64,000 nt of DNA. It comes from Bythopirellula sp. (GTDB taxonomy: Bacteria; Planctomycetota; Planctomycetia; Pirellulales; Lacipirellulaceae). The notes below the pieces were generated by a model. That model was not told the origin of the DNA and searched no databases. It worked only from the letters and a program-made list of their open reading frames with translations. Location: assembly GCA_965216565.1 (NCBI GenBank), contig OZ244170.1, positions 1,472,001 through 1,536,000 on the forward strand, in the 5' to 3' direction. Shown here piece by piece: positions 10,601-19,479 of the stretch; position 1 is the first letter of the stretch; each line of letters begins with the position of its first letter. A program made the position numbers and the translations under genes.

Positions 10601-11117
10601 GCAAACTAATGCGTTGCTGAGGAATCTCCTTGCGCCTAGTCGCGCGGTATTTTGGTTCTTTATCAAGGCGTCGCAGGACTTTCTTTGCTTCCGAGAGTTC
10701 GGCTTCCGCTTCAATCAGCTTTTCTTGCAGAATAGAGATAGACACTTCAGAGCCAACTACAGGTAGAGCCGCTTGTGCCAGCTGGCTGAGTTCGTACCTA
10801 GTGCGCCCGACATCTTCTGGGGCAGTTCGCTGCGATGATGCATACTGCTCTGACAAAACAGCTAGCTTGTCTGCCTGCCGCAGATCAGCAATTGCCAATT
10901 CGTAAAGCGTCAGAATCTGCTTTTTTGTCTCTTCAGGTAGAGCTGAGGTAGCTTTTGTAGCTTCTATCTGCGACTGAAGTTTCTCAACAGAGATCGTGTC
11001 TGCCAGCAGAGTTTGCGATGAGCAAAGGCCAATTGCCAAAAACACGGAAGTGGCAAAGCTCAATAATGAGAAGATTGTAGAATACTGGAACGATCTGTTT
11101 TGAAAGATGCTCTTCAT
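7626..11117 (-). CDS. MscK/MscM-like mechanosensitive channel
   Basis: Signal peptide, long coiled-coil, many TM helices, C-terminal MscS core (LGLGFGLQEIFANFISG, VPNKEF, VGVAYGSD, IAFPQRDLH). Confidence 0.92.
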   Translation of the reverse strand: MKSIFQNRSFQYSTIFSLLSFATSVFLAIGLCSSQTLLADTISVEKLQSQIEATKATSALPEETKKQILTLYELAIADLRQADKLAVLSEQYASSQRTAPEDVGRTRYELSQLAQAALPVVGSEVSISILQEKLIEAEAELSEAKKVLRRLDKEPKYRATRRKEIPQQRISLREKLQQDEQTLKLIDKTNDPPELAAAKRVQLEASIRATQSAIDVGAIELKAYQATIDLLPLQRDVAANRVARLHKIAKTLQGELNRKRTTEVALHLIEAKEETNRNTGLPQFADLASTNLALVERRQELRQQIDTTNDALAAINSTATQLNQQQGRIRRKVEAVGLTGTIGLLMRKQKSELPRIDQHEREIDLRQQTLKTAQLALLELQDRRSDLANVENEMNRLITQGKLPDEKQASENPRKTWERLLNAERRYVDLLLEDYKVYLEQLLALDEAQRQLAQDISSLTNFIDENVLWVRSTESMSSSSVAASFDGIRDFFQGGFLRQTWNTISADYAKHPLPFGLVAISLLSARTLGWQMTIRHSLPQSSAQRPSRYWRILRDLLRVALCAVPLPLFLAFAGQRLVNAGNSEGYERAVGIGLINVAICLLPLAVLIRLCRRKGFARRHLGWSAPGIAAMRRALFPLAVVVLPLILIMTTLNAQDDVRLQDSLGRLCYVVNVLVVALFSEQLLRPNSGILYRAAKPSEKTLLHRLRWPLYLVGVGAHLTLGVLAIVGYTYSAERLGQEVRSTFLLMACLFVVGSLLLHGSRLIARRRAIQTVARQRAATALSNREKESSEGTFPLPDTGDGWFVQLDKPEDKIQSLVTSLLVLVLLLGGWWIWSDVFPALHAVSNTTLWETEVITSQPSAPLGTESPAPDVRVPTLVPVTLGDLLLAMFVVISTVMASRYLDGLFELPVLDQLALDSSLRNSITTIARYTLWIAAAIFAAGCLGIGWGKVQWMAAALSLGLGFGLQEIFANFISGLIILFERPMRVGDVITIGDTTGVVQSIRMRATTITDWDRKDLVVPNKEFATGRLLNWTLQNKTNRRVIEVGVAYGSDPDQVRDLLLKVASENPRVLNSPKPVALLQQFGDSSLIFSLRVYHARIGDRLKGLHELNAAIAREFAAAGITIAFPQRDLHIHAANSASREFWFQPQQTNADGRETTAPSN

Positions 11118-11121
11118 CGGA

Positions 11122-13050
11122 TTACCTCACTTCCTTGCGAGATGCCAATTCGGCCAACGAACAAGAGCTTTCCCGCAACACATTGAGGCGTTTCACGGAG
11201 TCACTGGTGAGTAAATGCCTAGGCACAAGCGGTGGAGCATGCAGCACCTTGCGATATTGCAGTTCTCTGACGATTGGCAAATGCTCGTGGGCAATCTTGC
11301 CCACAAACAGCACATTGATGTCTCCATTCTGCTGAAGGTGCTGCAAGACGGTTTGCAAACCTCGCAAATAGACGGCGTCCTTGGTTAGGCCTCCTCCACG
11401 GTAGACGCGCATCACGATGTTGTAAGCTCTGCGTTTCGTGAAGCCGAATTTATTGACGAGTGCACGAAAGGCTTCTACAAAAGTCGCGTGTTCAGTCCTT
11501 AGTCGTACCGCGACAACGCGGCCAGCGAGTTGACGTAAACGAGCATCGCTCAGTCCGCCCACCAAGTACTCGGACAGTACAGCAATGCCTTCCTGAAGTT
11601 CTTCGTAACCCGATAAACCAGCATGCAGTAGCTGAAACGGCTGTGCCTGAGCGTTATAGTACGTCAGTACATGCGTACCCACTTCGTGGGCTAAGAGGGC
11701 TTGGACGCGTGACTGAGATATATCAAGATCCGAGTTGATCAGTAGCGTCCCCCGAGAGACCATCACGCCACTAACTTCTTCGGTCACTTCAGCCCGGCCT
11801 GCAAACTCGGGCCAAGTATTGTGATAGTGACGGAATTCATCGCGTGCCAGTGCTGCAAACTCTTCTGCAGTTACTGAGCCTTTTTTTCTTTCAGAGGCAT
11901 CCCTAGCCACTAAGGAAAGAAGACTCAGTGCCTCACCGTAGAGGTCGTCCTTGACGCCGCCAAATAGCTGCAAGCTCTGGTACAAGAACCTCGGTGTGTC
12001 GCGGTCTTGTAGCATTGTCAGCTGTAGTTCTAGCTCGGCTTGTTTTTCATAAAAGAGTCGCTGTAGTGCAGGATCCTCTACACGCTCGATTGGAATCTTG
12101 AACAGCTCGCGTTTGAGAGCAATGGGGTCCACCGTTTGTGGTCGATAGTGAAATTCGGGGGCTTGCTCAAACTTACTCCGGTGGAATTCATGCCAAGCCT
12201 GCACCGTGTTGACCGGAGTCAGCTGCAGTAGGTAATCGAATTGGTCACTAATTCCCGCCAGACGACGATCAGCGTTCCAGACGGATTTGACAACTGCTTT
12301 GCGACCAAGTGCGTGGAAGTGGGGTGGGCGGTGTGATGTACAGGTACGGGCAAATTCATAAAAAGCTTGGCGCAAGGCCAAACTCACGCTCCGTCTTAAG
12401 GAACGAGCCAATAGGGGATAGTCTTCTTCAGAGCCCGCTGCACGATATACGGGAGGTACTGTCAGCCCCAGGAAGGAGCAATGGAGTTCGCTTGCCCTTT
12501 TTATCGACAACAGCGGCGCAAATTGCGTTGGCCAGGTCTTGCCGTCACGTTGTACCTCGACCTTTACCCCTTGTTTCAGCACCTTGATACGGCGCAAACG
12601 CTTGGCGAGTGCTTCCACTGCTCGGCTGATGGATGCTTGTGAGGATGCATGAATGGCGAATTTCGGTAACACGTCGGGTACTGCCGGATCATTCGCATCC
12701 CCTCCCTCGGGAGCCGCCCATACTTCGACGATTAGCAGTGCACCGAACTCTCTCGCAAGCGCTTCTGTAACACAGTCAACAACAAGAGATATTTCCTTTG
12801 GCGACGCTTCTGCCTCTGTGACGATAAGGTAGGATGCTTCGGCTTTGACGAGGTGCTCAGTCCCCGAATCGGAAGCATCGAGCGGCTGACGATAGATGCA
12901 CAGAAATGGTAACTGCCGATCAATGTGCAGGCGCCCAATTCCGGGCAGCGTACGTCTTACTCGTTGATTCTGCGCAAGGCGTTGAGAGACCACATCGAGG
13001 ATGGATCTAAGGAGTTTTGATCTCTTGATGGGTTCCTTGCTGATGGGCAA
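11122..13050 (-). CDS. QEGLA-motif (DUF1704, MATCAP-like) zinc metallopeptidase
   Basis: AHEVGTH (HExxxH), LQEGIA, RVYRGGGLTKDAVYLRG. Confidence 0.85.
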   Translation of the reverse strand: MPISKEPIKRSKLLRSILDVVSQRLAQNQRVRRTLPGIGRLHIDRQLPFLCIYRQPLDASDSGTEHLVKAEASYLIVTEAEASPKEISLVVDCVTEALAREFGALLIVEVWAAPEGGDANDPAVPDVLPKFAIHASSQASISRAVEALAKRLRRIKVLKQGVKVEVQRDGKTWPTQFAPLLSIKRASELHCSFLGLTVPPVYRAAGSEEDYPLLARSLRRSVSLALRQAFYEFARTCTSHRPPHFHALGRKAVVKSVWNADRRLAGISDQFDYLLQLTPVNTVQAWHEFHRSKFEQAPEFHYRPQTVDPIALKRELFKIPIERVEDPALQRLFYEKQAELELQLTMLQDRDTPRFLYQSLQLFGGVKDDLYGEALSLLSLVARDASERKKGSVTAEEFAALARDEFRHYHNTWPEFAGRAEVTEEVSGVMVSRGTLLINSDLDISQSRVQALLAHEVGTHVLTYYNAQAQPFQLLHAGLSGYEELQEGIAVLSEYLVGGLSDARLRQLAGRVVAVRLRTEHATFVEAFRALVNKFGFTKRRAYNIVMRVYRGGGLTKDAVYLRGLQTVLQHLQQNGDINVLFVGKIAHEHLPIVRELQYRKVLHAPPLVPRHLLTSDSVKRLNVLRESSCSLAELASRKEVR

Positions 13051-13108
13051 AACGATTCCTTTTGTAATGTAGTAAATCAGCAGCCTCTCTCATCGCATTT
13101 TCACGCCC

Positions 13109-13930
13109 CTAGTGAGCAATGAGTTGAAGCTTGTTTACCTCTTCTAAAATCCCAGGTACCGTCGACGCTAAAGCCTTCTGTACTGCTTTCAATAAATGTC
13201 GTTCGGGTTTGCCGCTCCATTCGCACATAAAGAACTTTTTGAATTCAATTGAAATCACACACGCTGCCTCTGGAAAACACTGGTGTGTCCATTCGGCATG
13301 GTGACCACCCATGAATTTTACATTTTCGCGCACATCAAGTCGCCCAGTTGGGAAATCATAGTTGGATAGTTCATACATGAAGCGATAGAGTAATGGACGA
13401 AACCGTGGCTCTGATCGCATCGTGCCCGTACCAATGTTGACTTGTGGGTTCTCAGCCGGATCTGCGAGTGGCCCATTGGGACCGTTCCGACGATGGTTGT
13501 ACGTATGCAGGTCGAAGACAACAAAGGTTCCATGCTCCTCGGCTAACTCCTGGTAGAGCATACCGAGCGCCTCGTAAAACCGATCGTACTGCTTAAGGGA
13601 ACGCTGCGCGATTTCTTCTGGAAGCTCTTCTTTCCAAATTTGTAATCCCCACGCATCTTCTGGTTTTCGATAGACGGCTCGTTCACGAGGACGATTGAGA
13701 TCGACCTCAAACCGAGAGCGCAAGCCAACCACACGTGTTGGCGCGACTTCCGTCCAATCGCCCGTGTAGGGATCTTCTTCACGCCGTCGATCCTCTTTGC
13801 TGATCGCCATCTGCTCATGCACTTCGCTACGTACCTCGTGGCCATGGTGAATAGCGGTCGCAACGATTGGCCCTGCTCCACGATGAAGCTCCCAAATTTG
13901 ATCGGTCACCTGCGTTCTCTGCGTATGCAA
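13109..13930 (-). CDS. N-formylglutamate amidohydrolase family protein
   Basis: AIHHGH, EEDPYT, SRFEVDLNR, FDLHTY. Confidence 0.88.
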   Translation of the reverse strand: MHTQRTQVTDQIWELHRGAGPIVATAIHHGHEVRSEVHEQMAISKEDRRREEDPYTGDWTEVAPTRVVGLRSRFEVDLNRPRERAVYRKPEDAWGLQIWKEELPEEIAQRSLKQYDRFYEALGMLYQELAEEHGTFVVFDLHTYNHRRNGPNGPLADPAENPQVNIGTGTMRSEPRFRPLLYRFMYELSNYDFPTGRLDVRENVKFMGGHHAEWTHQCFPEAACVISIEFKKFFMCEWSGKPERHLLKAVQKALASTVPGILEEVNKLQLIAH

Positions 13931-13998
13931 TGCCTGTTGAAACGAGCACTAGGTTCCTGGCCGCTCAGTGCCAAGTGGCTCTACAACGTTGTTCTAAG

Positions 13999-14013
13999 GC
14001 AAAGGGTGTGCCG
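13999..14013 (-). promoter_or_regulatory. Sigma-54 promoter for the amidohydrolase/ATP-grasp operon
   Basis: CGGCAC-ACCCT-TTGC with exact GG-N10-GC spacing, about 70 nt before the first gene. Confidence 0.65.
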
Positions 14014-14274
14014 GTGACTTTTGATGAGGATCACGGCTCTTATGGTGCAAGCACACTGGGCCGCTCTGACGCTATGCGTTAAGGCGATATCGATTGGAAA
14101 CAGCTAGATTGTGAAGGCCAGACACATGATGTCGCCACAAGTGCCTTGGTTAATAAGTGCCCACGGTGTCCAATAGCTACCCAGGAAGAATCGAGTTTTG
14201 GAGCTGCCCAGGCAAGGTCCGGTTAAGCGTCTACGCTTTTTTCGTATTTCTAAAAGTGTTTTTTTGTTGTCGCT

Positions 14275-14289
14275 TGGCACATTGTTTGC
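14275..14289 (+). promoter_or_regulatory. Sigma-54 promoter
   Basis: TGGCAC-ATTGT-TTGC, consensus match, preceded by a T-rich tract. Confidence 0.75.
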
Positions 14290-14313
14290 CTTTGTTACGT
14301 TAGGCAGTGATTA

Positions 14314-14434
14314 GGGCACTGTCTGTCCGTCACGGTCGCGCGGGTTTCTTCTAGGGTGGGACGCACAATCGAGGAGAACACCTGAGCCTATTGGTGGCTT
14401 GGCTTGCGCGACCGTGACGAATCGTTGTTCGCCC
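14314..14434 (+). ncRNA. Candidate structured RNA or leader
   Basis: 19-bp stem 14328-14346/14401-14419 (14 consecutive Watson-Crick pairs plus a G-U-rich extension on +), enclosing inner hairpins; directly after a sigma-54 promoter. Confidence 0.45.
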
Positions 14435-14471
14435 ACTTTCACTGAAGGAGAGCTATAAGCAAGAAAGAAAT

Positions 14472-14843
14472 ATGTCGACCTACCTACAAATCACGGCCAG
14501 CAACATCACTCAAAAAGCAAAGTTCGAAGACGGCACCCGGCTGCCAATCGAACTGTGGGCAATCTGTGATGAGGGCGAAGAGACTTCATGTTTGGCTGGA
14601 CTGGTGCTCCACCCCAAGACAAAAAAGTTGGTGCGAGCCGATCATTTGCCCGGTTTTCTGTCGTATCACAGTGATCGGCTTGGGTCGGGATTTCATCGGT
14701 TCAGTCGACTGCCCAGTCGGCGAAACGTGGAAAGGCAGCAACCAAAGAACTCCGGTGCTAAATCTGGCAAGGCCGAACGACCACAGGTTAGACAGATTGG
14801 TCAGAAATTAGCCAAGAAAACGTTCCTCTCGCAGTCGGCCTAG
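14472..14843 (+). CDS. Hypothetical protein (globular N-half, basic low-complexity C-half)
   Basis: ATG after a purine-rich RBS; downstream of a sigma-54 promoter. Confidence 0.6.
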   Translation: MSTYLQITASNITQKAKFEDGTRLPIELWAICDEGEETSCLAGLVLHPKTKKLVRADHLPGFLSYHSDRLGSGFHRFSRLPSRRNVERQQPKNSGAKSGKAERPQVRQIGQKLAKKTFLSQSA

Positions 14844-15052
14844 CTTGCGAAAGTAATTGAGAAGCTTACAAAGTGCGACTTCTCATTCCGGCACACAAAC
14901 TGCTCATCATTGATTGCCGTGAGGGTAAAAGTTGCCATGCAGGCTTGGTCTGGGCACTAGGGGTTGGTTGACATTCACGGGATGTTGGCTGACCAGCCCT
15001 CGCGGTACTTTTTGGCATCACGCCGCTTACCCACTTGGAGAGGAGACATGCT

Positions 15053-15274
15053 ATGCTAGCACTTGCGCGGAGGCCTGGAGAATCCATCCACATCGGTGAC
15101 AACATTACCGTGCAAATCGTATCCGTTCGAGGCCAGCGGGTGAAGTTAGCGATTGATGCCCCGCGTGAAATAAGCATCGACCGACACGAAATCTGGCTCC
15201 GAAAATTCGCCGGAACGGTGGTGCTGCCGATAGAGTCAACGAGCGTCGCACCGACGCACTTGAAGCCCCGATGA
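15053..15274 (+). CDS. csrA: Carbon storage regulator CsrA paralog 1
   Basis: MLALARRPGESIHIGDNI...VKLAIDAPREISIDRHEI; GGAGAGGAG RBS. Confidence 0.9.
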   Translation: MLALARRPGESIHIGDNITVQIVSVRGQRVKLAIDAPREISIDRHEIWLRKFAGTVVLPIESTSVAPTHLKPR

Positions 15275-15347
15275 GTCGCAACGAAATTGCGATAGTTGTG
15301 ATGGATAATTCAAAGAATCAACTGAAGTCGCGTTAGAACTTCTCAAT

Positions 15348-17792
15348 ATGCATCTACCCATCGCAGATTTCCCGATTACTACGGAGCGAGACTTCAACTG
15401 GTCTGCCCAGCGTGCTCGTCTGCTTGGCACGCTGGCAAGCCTTCGCCCTAAGGCCCGCAATGCGTTCTCAAAATCAATTGCCGAAGCAGCTCGAGCGATC
15501 ATTCCCAAGCCTTTTCGAGGCAACATCCAGTTCGCCATTGGAGCTAGCCAGCAACAACAGTTCATCGAAGCCACCATCATTGGGCAAGCAACGGACGCTG
15601 GACAGCCAAAAGTAGACAAGCAGGCTCTCGAAAAACTGGTTGACGAAGTGCTAGTCGATTCGAGCAACGCAGATGGCAGCACGATTACGCTGCGAAAACG
15701 ACTCCCTGACAACTGCCCCTTACTAGGCCCGGAAGACGTTACGGAGTGGGGTACTATGCTGGCAACCCGTACCACCGAAGGGGCGTTAGTGCAGGCCCAA
15801 CACCGATTGCGCGAGGTCCTCGCCACATCTAGTTCACCGAGTACAAACACCAGAGATGCACAGGTCCATGAACTGCTGGCATTAGTGGCGAGCACCACGG
15901 ACAATTCAGTCGTCGTGATGGATGCGATCGGGCAGGTGGAATGGGTGAATGATAGCTTTATGCGTATGACCGGATATGAGTTAAACGAAATTCAAGGGCA
16001 ACTGTTTTTTGAGTTATTGATTGGTCCAGAAACCGATCAAAGTTCTGCCAGGGATTTACAGTCGGCGATCAAGCTAGGGCATGGGGTGAGCAAGGATGTG
16101 CTTCGCTATCGTAAAGATGGTAAAACTTATTGGGAATTGTTGAGCCTGACTCCCGTGTTTGATAAGAGTGGTTCAGCCAGTCGATGGGTTTCGATTGGGA
16201 CAGATATTTCCGCCAGGCACGCAGCGGAAGAGGCTCTCGCACAAGCCAAAGCGACCGCCGAAGCGGCCAGCAATGCCAAAAGCGACTTCTTGGCTAATAT
16301 GAGCCACGAAATACGTACGCCCATGAATGCTGTGTTGGGCATGACCGACTTAGCTTTGGGAACAAAGCTCACATCGGAACAGAACGAATATCTTTCTATC
16401 GCCAAAGAATCAGCTCAAGCGTTGATGAGTTTACTGAACGATATTCTTGACCTCTCAAAAATAGAAGCGGGCAAACTCGCGGTTGATCCGGTCCCGTTCG
16501 ATCTGTCCCGGTTAGTCGAAAACACACTCAAACCTTTCGCCAAACAAGCCATCAGCAAAGGCATTCAGTTTCAACATGCCATTTTGGCTGACACGCCCAC
16601 TCACCTTATTGGAGACGCAACTCGAGTCCGGCAGATTCTCATCAATCTGGTTAGCAATGCGGTGAAATTCACGAGTCTGGGGAGCATCGACATCTGTGTG
16701 GAATCACAATGGGAATCTGAAGAAGATGTTTCGCTACATCTTTCCGTCAGCGATACCGGGATTGGCATGCCCAAAGAGACATTGCAGCGGATTTTTGACG
16801 CGTTTACTCAAGCGGATAGCTCCATCACGCGAGAGTATGGCGGTACGGGGCTCGGCTTGACAATCTCCGCTCGACTTGTTGAGCTCATGCGGGGGCGTAT
16901 TTGGGTGCAAAGCCACGAGGGAAATGGTTCGATGTTCCACGTCTCGTTGCCGTTTCAAAAGACAGATGAGCACAATGTAAGATCAACTGCGGGCTCCAAC
17001 GGAATAGTTTCATATCCAGAAGCCAGCCAGCCCTGTCGAGCACTCAACATACTCGTAGCCGATGACAACCAAGCGAATCGTGCCCTGGCCAAAAAGATAC
17101 TCGAAAAGCGCGGACATCAAGTCGCTGTCGTCACCAATGGCAGCGAGGCCTTGGATTACTATCAAGCCCATAATCTGGATGCAGCAATTCTCGATATCCA
17201 AATGCCAGAGCTTGACGGCTTCTCTGTCACAGCCGCCATCCGCCGTGAGGAGTCTACTAAGCAAACTCATTTACCTTTAATCGCCATGACCGCTCATGCC
17301 ATGCCAGGTGATCGGGAGCGTTGTCTCCGTGCTGGCTTAGATGCTTATCTCTCCAAACCCATCAACGCCCGCGAACTTTACACGCTGGTTGAAAGCTTGG
17401 GGCAGACACAGAGGCACACGCAGGTGATCACTCAGGCAGAGACTCTCGTGGAGTCGTCCACGCATCCCTTCGCTGCTGCCTTAGCCCGCTTAGAGGGAGA
17501 TGAAGAACTGCTTCGCGAGCAGATGCAGTTCTTCCTTGATGAAAGTCCAGATTTGATGGACCGAGTGCTGGCTGCGCTGGATGAAGAAAATCAAGAGCAG
17601 GTACGTATCGCCGCCCATCGCCTCAAAGGATTAGCGGGTACCGTGGATGGGGGTGAGTTATGTATGATTGCCAACCGCATTGAGCAGTCAAGCGCAGCGG
17701 GCTCACTGGATGAAGTCACGGCCGTCATCGACGAACTTGCCTCAGCGCTGACGCGACTTATAGACCATGTCAGCGACTATGTGTCGTCATGA
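15348..17792 (+). CDS. Hybrid sensor histidine kinase (degenerate RsbT-like N-domain, PAS/PAC, HisKA, HATPase, REC, Hpt)
   Basis: FLANMSHEIRTPMN, NLVSNAVKF, DTGIG, GGTGLGL, ILDIQMP, AAHRLKG. Confidence 0.93.
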   Translation: MHLPIADFPITTERDFNWSAQRARLLGTLASLRPKARNAFSKSIAEAARAIIPKPFRGNIQFAIGASQQQQFIEATIIGQATDAGQPKVDKQALEKLVDEVLVDSSNADGSTITLRKRLPDNCPLLGPEDVTEWGTMLATRTTEGALVQAQHRLREVLATSSSPSTNTRDAQVHELLALVASTTDNSVVVMDAIGQVEWVNDSFMRMTGYELNEIQGQLFFELLIGPETDQSSARDLQSAIKLGHGVSKDVLRYRKDGKTYWELLSLTPVFDKSGSASRWVSIGTDISARHAAEEALAQAKATAEAASNAKSDFLANMSHEIRTPMNAVLGMTDLALGTKLTSEQNEYLSIAKESAQALMSLLNDILDLSKIEAGKLAVDPVPFDLSRLVENTLKPFAKQAISKGIQFQHAILADTPTHLIGDATRVRQILINLVSNAVKFTSLGSIDICVESQWESEEDVSLHLSVSDTGIGMPKETLQRIFDAFTQADSSITREYGGTGLGLTISARLVELMRGRIWVQSHEGNGSMFHVSLPFQKTDEHNVRSTAGSNGIVSYPEASQPCRALNILVADDNQANRALAKKILEKRGHQVAVVTNGSEALDYYQAHNLDAAILDIQMPELDGFSVTAAIRREESTKQTHLPLIAMTAHAMPGDRERCLRAGLDAYLSKPINARELYTLVESLGQTQRHTQVITQAETLVESSTHPFAAALARLEGDEELLREQMQFFLDESPDLMDRVLAALDEENQEQVRIAAHRLKGLAGTVDGGELCMIANRIEQSSAAGSLDEVTAVIDELASALTRLIDHVSDYVSS

Positions 17793-18029
17793 GATAAGTG
17801 ACTAAGATAGGTCCCTTCTTCAGCCCAACATAGCTCCAGCCAAGTTGATTTATCACGTGGACGGGCGACGCCTCGAATCCTATGCACTTTGCCATCTCGG
17901 CTTCGAGGATGCTTGCGTTTTTGCATCAGACTTTGGGCGCGGCGGGACTTCTCTCCGTTTTGGTTCATTGAGTTTGGTTCTCCTATTCTGTGGTTCAATG
18001 GTTAACCTAAACGCCTTCTCCAACTCGTA

Positions 18030-18356
18030 TTAGCTTTCAAACTCTGCCTCTCGCTGACACCGAATACAGTAGGTCGCGTAAGGTATGGCTCTCAGGCGAG
18101 TTACTGAAATAGCTCGTCCACAGGCCTCGCAATGTCCATAGACGCCCTCCCGATACCTCTCTAAGGCATGATCTAGGGCCAGTAGTTCGCGGAACTCAGA
18201 TTGCAAAATGTTGGCAACGGCTTCCGCTTCACCCGGCTCGTCCTCGTCATCACCATCGAACTCCAGAGAGTTTAATTCGTAAGCTCGCCAGAGTGCAGAC
18301 CGCCTCGCTTGTAGCTGGCTGGCTAGTTTTTCGAGAGTGTGGGTTGCTTTCATCAA
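18030..18356 (-). CDS. TraR/DksA C4-type zinc-finger protein
   Basis: ALERYREGVYGHCEACG...RLRAIPYATYCIRCQ. Confidence 0.88.
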   Translation of the reverse strand: MMKATHTLEKLASQLQARRSALWRAYELNSLEFDGDDEDEPGEAEAVANILQSEFRELLALDHALERYREGVYGHCEACGRAISVTRLRAIPYATYCIRCQREAEFES

Positions 18357-18415
18357 TATGCCGCCTTGTATGATCGCCAGGCTTCAACGTTCAACCGCCC
18401 GACACTAAAGTTGAC

Positions 18416-18431
18416 TGCATTTCTGGTGCCA
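18416..18431 (-). promoter_or_regulatory. Sigma-54 promoter for the TraR/DksA gene
   Basis: TGGCAC-CAGAA-ATGCA with GG-N10-GC spacing. Confidence 0.7.
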
Positions 18432-18647
18432 ATTCTTGTGCAATGGCCCTCGATAGGTACGCCTGCGATACGCGAAATCGTGCATACCTGTGGGTATTTT
18501 GGTAAGCCATGATTGGCTAAGAGAGTACTAGTCGATGAGCAGAACAAAAGCCGCCCAGAGTGCTCAATGACTGATCACCAGACAAGAGTCGATTAGCTCT
18601 ATCGCAAGTCGGCAGCAATTGTCGAGCACTCCAAAGTCTGCGGACTG

Positions 18648-19472
18648 TTAGTTCTCACCACGTCGGTATGCGATCACAGTCAGATCGTCCGGTTTGCAAG
18701 GCAGATTGCCGCTAGAGTCATCCATCCGCTGATGGACTTCACGAACTATCCGCTGCACACCTTGTTGTAACGGCCCTTTGCGAATGTTTTCGACGATTTC
18801 ATCCACGGCCAGATTGTCGAATAGGCCGTCTGTGGCTATCAGTAGAGTATCGAAGCGTGACAGCGTCAGCGTTGGCCCAATCTCTATACGCATGTCTTCG
18901 GCACCGACTACGTTAGAAACTAGATGTCGATCTTCGTGGTGCATGGCATCGTCGTCGTCCAAGACACCCGCTTCAACCGCTTGGCTCACGGGAGCGTGGG
19001 CAACCGTTTGTAGCTTAATTTTTCCTCGCTGGCCAACGACAAGAATCGAAGAATCGCCAACGTGATAAGGGCGAATGACCCCCTCTTGAATTTCAACCAC
19101 AGCGAGAGTCGTGGCAGCGCCAATGCCCAAGGCACGAATTTTTTCGTTCGCGGACTCGATGCCATTGAGAATCGCTGCTCGTAAGACAAGATCATTGTTG
19201 GCATGACTGATCACTTCCTTTTTGATTGCAGTCACGGCAAGCTTCGAGGCTTGTTCGCCCGCTGCACCTCCACCCATGCCATCAGCAACTACCAGCACTC
19301 CGCTACTTTCGGTACTGACCAGCACTGCAGCAGCATCTTCGTTATCAGTTTCCTTATCGGGGCATTTGGAAGAAAAGATGACGGTGATGCCTCTGAGCTG
19401 ATCCAATACCACTGGCTCAGCCATGTTTTGCGTCAAATAAAGAGTGCCGTTTCTCGACATCGACTTGCTCAA
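18648..19472 (-). CDS. PP2C/PPM-family Ser/Thr phosphatase
   Basis: NEDA, VADGMGG, VGDS, ATDGLFD, DDLTV. Confidence 0.9.
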   Translation of the reverse strand: MSKSMSRNGTLYLTQNMAEPVVLDQLRGITVIFSSKCPDKETDNEDAAAVLVSTESSGVLVVADGMGGGAAGEQASKLAVTAIKKEVISHANNDLVLRAAILNGIESANEKIRALGIGAATTLAVVEIQEGVIRPYHVGDSSILVVGQRGKIKLQTVAHAPVSQAVEAGVLDDDDAMHHEDRHLVSNVVGAEDMRIEIGPTLTLSRFDTLLIATDGLFDNLAVDEIVENIRKGPLQQGVQRIVREVHQRMDDSSGNLPCKPDDLTVIAYRRGEN

Positions 19473-19479
19473 TCAAGGG

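Noticed and set aside
15013..15028. TGGCATCACGCCGC as a sigma-54 promoter for csrA paralog 1
   Set aside because: GG to GC spacing is 9 nt rather than the required 10.
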